Of a stretch of 64,000 nt of DNA, positions 56,700 through 64,000 are shown piece after piece. The position numbers were made by a program, and so were the translations under genes. The DNA is taken from contig OZ025731.1 of NCBI GenBank assembly GCA_964019335.1, forward strand, positions 124,001 through 188,000. Reading direction: 5' to 3'. Position 1 is the first letter of the stretch. Every line of letters starts with the position of its first letter. The notes beneath the pieces are model-generated. The model was not told where the DNA came from. It saw only the letters and a program-made list of their open reading frames with translations, and made no database searches. Source of the DNA: Diplonema japonicum (Eukaryota; Protista; Euglenozoa: Diplonemea).

Positions 56700-57376
56700 G
56701 CCCATGACTTTTTTTTGCCATAATAACCACTGGGGGGAAACTGGGGGTGGGGTGGGGTGTGTCCAGTCTTTTGTCAGTAACCGAGAGGGCCACCACGTGG
56801 GCTGAACCTTCCCTTCGGGAATCAGCCATGGCAATGGCGGTGTTTTTAATAATAATAATAATAATAATAATAATTCCACTACCAGGCGGGAGGATCGATG
56901 GGGAGTAGAGAAAACAATTCAAGGGGAAGGGAAAGGGATATCACTTCAAACCAAGAGAAGTGTTCGAAAGTGACTCGTGAAAAGCAATCTCTGTTACTGA
57001 GCCATTGGTCGAGGGGCCCCGGTCCTCTGCTCCCTGTAGTATATTACTTGGACCCCCTCACCACGCTCTTTTCATATTAAAATAAAACCGATCCCACCCA
57101 CCAGGCAGCACCTGGGTCTCGAGGCATTAGCCGCCCCTAGTAACAAGAGACGACCTCCCAGATTTTAAGAACTTTGGAAGAGTTTCAATGTGAAAAATTA
57201 ACCAGCTGACTGTGAAACTCCACCGTCTGCCGGACTTGTTGGGCTTTCGGGAGCCAAAATTCAATTCAATTAAGTTTCGTTCTTCAATTTTTTTTTTATT
57301 ATTCTCAAAATAAAGGATTTCAAATCAAGCTCGATCGTGTACACCAAAATAATAATAATAATAATAATAATAAGGT

Positions 57377-57377
<1 letters not shown>

Positions 57378-57428
<51 letters not shown>

Positions 57429-59830
57429 CAAAATACCGATAGGTGCCACCATCAACCCGTGCACCTGTTTGGAACAGCCGAAGAGGACTGAATTACTTTA
57501 ATTCCAAGCCGCGTAGACCTACGTGACTCGGACGGGGACCTTGACCCCAGTTCGTCGTTTTTCTCAACTGGGACCTCTGGTGACCGGAACTGGCCCCGGT
57601 CGCCCCCTCGAGAGGGATCGCTCCATTGAGCGAAACATGAAAGGGAAGCGAGTGTGCGTGTGCGCATGGATTTGCTCTCGCTGCACTCCGGCTGGCGGGG
57701 GAGGGGATGGCCGTACCACACTCGTTCGTGCGAAGATGAGAGGACTCATCAGGGCAACTTCAGAGTAGGCCGGGCCATCCGTTTTTGACTACAATGTCAG
57801 GGCACACGACAACAAGAGGATGTTAATTTTAAAAATTTAAAAGTTTAAAGGGGGGGGACGGGCATACTGGTAAGAGAACGGCCAAACGCTGGATGATGAT
57901 GATAACATAAGAAAAGGATGAGAGGAAGTGGAAGAGAAGGGAAGGGAACGTAAGCACTAAAAGAATTGAAAAGTTGATCTCACCCTACTCACTTCAGCGC
58001 AACACGGGGGCCGCAGGGCCGGCGTCAAGAGAGACAGCCAAGTGGCGGAGGGGCTACCGAGCTCGGTGGTGATGACCACGGATTGGTGCTCGGCAGCCCT
58101 GTGGACTGCGCCGTGGGGCCAGGGACCGGCGTCTGGGCCGTGGTTGCCGCAACCGGCGTTTGAGCCGCGGGTGGAGCCTTCTTGTTGGTGCGGGGCGGGA
58201 GTGTGACGCTCGGGTGGTCTTCCGCGTCGTGCGTCGAAGGAGGCGAGAGCCGAAGAGCCATGTCCTGGCCTTGGGGGGCGGGGCGTCGGCGACGATGAAG
58301 AACACGAGCTGCCTCGTGCCCTGGAACGCCGTGTCAGAGCGTCGGATGATAGACGACGGCTTCCACCGATGTGGTCCATCATCCCGTCGAAGGCTGCCCT
58401 GGTAACAGACAGCGGGGCTCCGGTGAGCAGGTACCGACGCTTTGTCCTCTGCTTGGCGAGGGCCTCCCTCAGACGCTGCTCTGTCTCCGGCAGGCACCTC
58501 ACGGTCCAACCCTTGCGATGGGCCACCCCCAGGGACAACCCGCCCAGTGCCTTCGCCAGCTGGAAGGCCTCCGCCCTCCCCTCCGCTACGATGGGCACGT
58601 GGGTGTACCCCCCGCGCCGCTCGGTCGTCCTGACCATGCAGCCGTCGCCCGAGGCCCGGAGTACCGCATGGACGGATGCCGCCGGGAGCCGCAGGCCTAC
58701 CTCGTGGCTCCAGTGCCGCGCCCGCGGCTCGTTCCTGTCGATCTTCTTCGGGCGGAAGATCGCCTGCTCCTCCACCGCCACGCCCTGGGTCGCGACGAGG
58801 TCCCGAACCCTGGCCTTCGCCGCGTTCACGCTGTCAGCTTTCACGCTGACGTACACCTCAGAGCCGCCATCGAAAGAAGCAAGTGGGGTGTAGGAGGGGG
58901 GGTTCGAACCGACCGAGAAAAGTGCACGGCCTTGTACGACACGCTGGCCGGCGAGCACGATGACGGTGCATGGGGTGGTCGAACCGGCAACCTCCGTCAA
59001 GAGGACGAAGGTCAGGGAGGCCGTGGGCCTCGCAGTGCGAATCGCGTCCACCTGCTGGAGGTCGTCGAGAGCGACGACGGCGCAGGGCACCTCCTCAGGG
59101 GGAGCAGTGTTGGCGTAGGGGCGTCCCACGTGTCGGGGACCAGATCCCAGCGAGGCTCCGGGGCCGGTGCGGGAGCGGGGGCCGTGTTCTTCTCGTCGGT
59201 GTCAGAGTCCGACATGGGGAGGGCGGTGTCGCAGGCAGCGGCAGTGAGGACGGCAGTAGACCACACGGCAGCAGTAGGGGCTGGAGCCGGAGCAGGAGCA
59301 GTGGTGTCAGCAGTAGAGGCTGGAGCAGGCGCAGGAGCAGGGGAGTCGGCAGCAGCAGGCGCAGGAGCAGTGGTGTCGGCAGCAGCAGGTGCAGGAGCAG
59401 GGGAGTCGGCAGCAGCAGGTGCAGGAGCAGTGGTGTCGGCGGCAGCAGTCCTCATCCTCGCCCTCCTGACCTCAGGCGTGTCGACCGTGAACGAGGTGAC
59501 AACGCCCGGCGACTCGCTAATTAAGACGACAGAATCGTCGGAGCCCGAAGCGGCGGTGGTGGCAGCGTCAGCAGCTGCTGCCTTCTGTCTGGCCCTTCTG
59601 GCCGCCTTCTTCCCTTGCCCGTGGGAGGGTGTCACCACCGGCGTGACCCCCTCTGCGCGCTTCCTCTCCACCTCCTCGCGCGTGCGCTTCGCCCTGGCGG
59701 CGGCGTTGTCCCTTACCCGCTCCTCGCGGGCTTTCTCCAGGACTTCCTCAGTCCTGGACTTGTGGTGCGGGCCTCTTCTTCTTCTTGTTGTTGGAGGTCG
59801 ACATTTTTCTTTTCTATTCTTTTCTTTCCT
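57378..59830 (-). mobile_element. Internally deleted, frameshifted relative of the 49.7-56.7 kb retrotransposon
   Basis: T-run 57378-57428 followed by CAAAATACC as in copy 1; shared 3'UTR blocks; the last ~13 codons of ORF2 (57994-58035) are joined to an ORF1 homolog. Confidence 0.88.
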
Positions 59831-61825
59831 TGGCGGTGTTTTCGGGTAAATTTAATATTCGCAACACCATTTCCGATGGGCGTTTTCGGATTGGTTTTCA
59901 AGGTTTCATTTCTTATGATACCTGCACAGCCAGGAGGTGGTTCTACCACAAACTAGGCTCTAGGTATTCGAAAGATCTTTTGATTCCAGAACCAATCACT
60001 GTCGAACGGGTTGACCTGTGATTTCCTAACGATATAATATTCGAATGGAGGATTCGAGGATGCGAAAAAAAAAAAAGAAGAAAAAAAGAACAAAACTGAA
60101 GGGGAGGAAAAATGCAGTTCCATTAGGGGAAAAAAAAAAAAAAAAAAATGCGCAACTCTTTCTTTTCTCCTTCATTCCTCCGACACAAGCAACAAAAGAA
60201 ATACAGGATCCTGTATACCCTTTTCCACTTTCCATGGTAGCTGTTTTATACAAACTTGACACTGTGTGACGATACACATGGCTTTAGGATCACACAGACG
60301 AAGGAAAGTTCTTTTTCAAAGTTACTGTGGAGAGTGGAGAAGGAGAAAAAAAGTTCTGGGAAATACAGGTAATCTCATCTCGTTTCGGCTCCACTTTTAA
60401 AACCCCCCCGTTGAACTTAAAAACATAAAGTAACACTTACGCACATCACCTCCCCCCTTTTTTTTAATTATCCCTAAAGGAGGGGGCAGACGTTGTTGTC
60501 CTTATTTCAAAAAACAAAACAAAAAAAAAACCCCCCCCATAAAACCGAAAGTACTTTTTTTAGCGACCCCTGGACTTGGAAAACCGCGTTGCCAACTCCA
60601 TATCCGGAGAGCGGAGAATGTGCCAAAGAGTACGGGGTGGAACGACGGACAAATGGTACCAGCAGAAAAAGGACCGCGACTTCCTCGGGGCCAAACCTTC
60701 GCCCTGGATGAAGAACATCAAGCGGGCTTGGGAAAAAACTCTCCCTCATTGAGCTGGCAATGGCAAGAACAGGACATGAAAAATACTCGGGAAAAAAGAA
60801 AGTGGACGGATCCTTTCATGCCCGACAACGGGGCACAACAACTCACCAGCCCTCAAGCGCAGACACGTTGATGATGAGGATGTCCTCACCCAGACCCAAA
60901 CTTCTCGATCAGACCCTTTATCACACTCCGAGTGCCAAAAAGTTTCAAGACCCTGAATGCCGCCTTTTTTTTTTTTTGGCCCAAACCCCCCAAAAACAGA
61001 CACTCAAACATACACCCTCCAACCCATCTTGCACAACCAGTGGAGTGACCCTCATCTGATTCTGACAACCGAAATGGAAAATATATAACATTTTACCCAT
61101 TTCCTGTATCTTCCTATGGTTTGTGCACTGTCCTTTTTTTTTTTTTTTTTTCGCAGCATTCAAAACAACAATGAATGAGGGGGGTATCGTAGGCTCGCGT
61201 CCTTGGGGAGATATTTCTTCTTTCCCGCTCTTGGTGTGCTGTCAGTACGTATCCCCTCACTTCTTTTTCTTTTTTTTTTCTTTTTCTTTTTTTTTTCTTC
61301 AAAGAAGAGTGCCTCCTTCCTTTATTTGATTCAACTTAGATACATGTGACATGAAAAGACAAAAAAGAGAGAACAGAGGAAAAATAAGGAGAATGGTACC
61401 CGGGGGTTTTTTTTTTCCTTTTTTTTTTAAATAACCTTTTATTAGTTCGGTTTGATATTTTTATCCCCTCTCCCCGCCCTTTATCCCCTATCTCACCCCC
61501 CCCCCCCTTTTTTAGAACATGAGGCGGCGGGTAATTTTTTTTTTTTTTTAATTTCTTCTTTGCACGGAGACGGCATAAAGAAAAAAATCGTTGTTTGGTG
61601 CAGCCGTCATCTTGCTTCTTTGCTCATGGGGAATGATATCAGAAAAAAAAAAGAAAAAAAAAAGGATTCCTCATTTAAAAAAAAAAATTAATTTCCCCCT
61701 CCCATTTCCCTCCATTTTCAGCTTTTTTCTCGAGAAAAATCTATACCCCATTTTACAACCCACCCCAGGCGGGGGAAGAAAAAAAAAGAAAAAAAAAAAA
61801 AAAAAAAAAAGAGAGAGAAAAAGAA

Positions 61826-62686
61826 ATGTCTGAGAGCAAAATAAAAGAGTATCTCCTCGCAGGAGGCGGTGCTGCGATTGTGTCACGAACAGTCATCGCA
61901 CCCATCGAACGGGTGAAGATTATTTTCCAGACGTCACCGGAGGCGAACGGCTACATGGGGATCTTCAAACGGATTATGAAAGGGGAGGGCGTCCTTTCCT
62001 TTTGGAAAGGCAACGGCGTCGCTGTGGTGCGCGTGGTCCCGTACCTGTCGGTGCAGCTCGCTTCGAATGACAAATATAAGGAATACATGCAAGATGTGAT
62101 CAAAGAAAAACACATTCGAAGCGCAGTTTGCGGAGGGCTCGCCGGTCCGACCAGCATTCTCACCACCTACCCTCTTGACACTGTTCGGGCACGCCTCGCG
62201 GTACAAATGAACGACGCAGGGGTGTTAAAAAAAGACACTCTCATGTCTATGACCCAAAAAATAATCAAAACAGAAGGGTACCGTGCCATGTATCGAGGAT
62301 GCTATATGTCGTGTATAGGCGGTGGTAGCTACGCCGCAATAAAATTTTCGACCTACGACTATCTGAAAAATGCCTGTCTTCACGCGTTTAACCACGAGAA
62401 CGATTCCCACCTCACGATCTTTCAGCGTGCCATCAGTGGTGCTGTGGGCGGTTTCGTGGCGCAGACTCTCATCTACCCTACTGACGTTCTCCGTCGGCGG
62501 ATGCAGACGTACCAGGGTTCGACTCCGCCTTACCGTGGGATTATTCACGGGTTGACCACCATCGCCCGTGAAGAAGGCATCCGCACTGGGTTATTCCGAG
62601 GGCTCTCTCTTAACTATCTGAAGACGGTTCCTAATGTGGCGCTTTATCTTTCGCTGTATGATGTCTTCAAGTACTATCTGTTGTGA
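61826..62686 (+). CDS. Mitochondrial carrier (SLC25; CoA/adenine nucleotide carrier-like)
   Basis: Three PxD/ExxK/R signatures (PIERVK, PLDTVR, PTDVLR) and FWKGNG. Confidence 0.92.
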   Translation: MSESKIKEYLLAGGGAAIVSRTVIAPIERVKIIFQTSPEANGYMGIFKRIMKGEGVLSFWKGNGVAVVRVVPYLSVQLASNDKYKEYMQDVIKEKHIRSAVCGGLAGPTSILTTYPLDTVRARLAVQMNDAGVLKKDTLMSMTQKIIKTEGYRAMYRGCYMSCIGGGSYAAIKFSTYDYLKNACLHAFNHENDSHLTIFQRAISGAVGGFVAQTLIYPTDVLRRRMQTYQGSTPPYRGIIHGLTTIAREEGIRTGLFRGLSLNYLKTVPNVALYLSLYDVFKYYLL

Positions 62687-63149
62687 AATGTTTTTTTTTT
62701 TTTATATCCGCCTATGAGAAGAGAAGAGGAGCCCGCTGCTGAGGCTTCCCAGCCCAGTCCTCATGTGTCTTCAGTTGTCTCTTTGTGTAGGATTTTCTTT
62801 TTTTTTTATACTGGATGAAGGACGAACTTTCATAGTATTACCTCCCCCATCCCCCCCCCCTTTTTTTCGACCAGTTATTTTCCTGGGTTGATGGTTTTTG
62901 TGAATTTTCTTAAACAGTGAGCACCCCCCCCCCCCCCCCCCCTGCACACTGAAGCTTTTTTTCGATTTTTCTTTTTTTTTTTTCTGAAGTGTTAGTGTTT
63001 CTTTGGGGTTAACCCCATTAGAAATTTAGCTTGGCTTTCGCCAAGCTGGGTTTTAAAAACCAAAATAATAATAATACAAAAACGGCTTCAAGCCACGTGG
63101 GTAGGAAGTTTTTCGATATCTAGAAATACTTCCCCCCCCATTCTTCTGC

Positions 63150-63879
63150 AACCATTCATTCTGCCCATGGTTCGTATGTGAAAGATGTCCAAGTGGACCG
63201 CCAAGTTGAGTAACCCAGGCGCGTTAGGGTAGCACTCTTATCTTCGTTAATGTTCCCTACTTTAGCTCGGTAGAGCATTACTTGGCGGTAGGTAAGTGGT
63301 TTTATTTCACGACACTCTGAAATTATTTCACCACGAGGGGCACAACAGGGTGACAAGGGGTACAACAAGAGAGGGGTTACAATACAAGTTGTTTTCCCTC
63401 CTTTTGTTGACTAAGAGCTACCGCTGTCGCTGGCATTGCCACTGTCACCATCTCTAATCAGGCCTTCCCATACCTAGCGCGGCCGCTGGCTCCTTTTTTT
63501 CTTCTGCTTCGGTATTTTGAAGTCTTTTGGGGAGCTTGGGTAAGCTGACTAAGTTACCCTTGCCCACAGAAGAGTTGCCCCCAGAAACTGGGAACAAGGC
63601 CTAGCCAAAAGTGGGCAAATTGGGAGGAAAAAGTAGTCCAACTTGGAACTGAGCCGAGGCAAAAGTTGGCCAAAGTTGGAAATAGCAAACTGAGAGGAAA
63701 AAGTAGCCCCACTGGGAACCGAACCGAGGCAAAAATTGGCCTACCGAGGCATATTATTTAACGGAAACCCCCTATTACTTCACGGAAAACAGGCCATTAT
63801 TTCACCGTGAAGTAATGAGATTTAGCGTGAAGTAATGGGCCCCCCAGTGCGTGAAGTAATCCTGAAGAGTGAAATAAAA
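63150..63879. mobile_element. Second, diverged member of the hairpin/subterminal-IR element family
   Basis: TTGGCGGTAGGTAAGTGGTTTTATTTCAC matches 19402-19430; ends GAAGAGTGAAATAAAA like 19838-19853; ACCGCCAAGT/ACTTGGCGGT inverted pair; internal ~70-bp tandem repeat 63620-63742. Confidence 0.55.
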
Positions 63880-64000
63880 AAAAAAAAAAAAAAAAAAAAA
63901 AAAGATTAAAAAGAAAGAGGGTAACACTTCTCATTTTGGTTTCTTTTTTTTTTTTCTAGTCTTCCCTTTCTTCTATTTCGTTCTTCATCTTTTTTTTTCC

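Larger units (their letters stand above)
49733..56701 (-). mobile_element. Non-LTR retrotransposon (Ingi/I-group-like, APE-RT-RNase H) with poly(A) tail and TSD
   Basis: T-run 49725-49754 (tail); TSD CCATGACTTTTTTTT at 49718-49732 and 56702-56716; two long ORFs. Confidence 0.93.

Noticed and set aside
57715-57775. Hammerhead ribozyme on the minus strand (CTGATGA...GAA)
   Set aside because: The core reads GAAC rather than GAAA, stem II is weak, and the motif is absent from the intact element
60493-61070. Moderately GC-rich island with short ORFs
   Set aside because: Stops in all frames and no recognisable domain; possibly a decayed fragment but unsupported

Overview
Eukaryotic nuclear DNA, most consistent with a euglenozoan and probably a diplonemid (inference from strand-unidirectional genes, single-hairpin AGA-box guide RNAs and an Ingi-like retroelement). 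All 17 host protein genes lie on the + strand, separated by poly(A)/poly(T)-rich spacers. They encode a kinase-ankyrin protein, a probable pseudokinase, a membrane subtilisin, ABCF, PSMG3, a RING-TPR-J protein, two copies of a Cys-rich secreted protein, a divergent alpha-tubulin, a coiled-coil protein, rhodanese, an MLO-like/B-box protein, a soluble adenylyl cyclase-like protein, a MORN-MAP3K, a mitochondrial carrier and two hypothetical proteins. Several genes carry short GT-AG introns filled with poly(A) rather than a pyrimidine tract. Three shuffled snoRNA arrays (16.3-18.4, 25.2-26.8 and 28.5-29.5 kb) hold C/D RNAs with identifiable rRNA guides plus AGA/ACA hairpin RNAs. There are two tRNA genes: Phe inside an intron, and Ser on the minus strand. 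The most unusual object is a 7-kb non-LTR retrotransposon inserted at the 5' edge of tRNA-Ser with a target-site duplication. It has two tandem Pol III/tRNA-like heads, and ORF1 and ORF2 are in the same frame, separated by a single UGA, a 47-codon open linker and a 2A-like StopGo motif. An internally deleted relative lies next to it. Two hairpin-bearing, Crypton-like non-autonomous DNA elements are also present.
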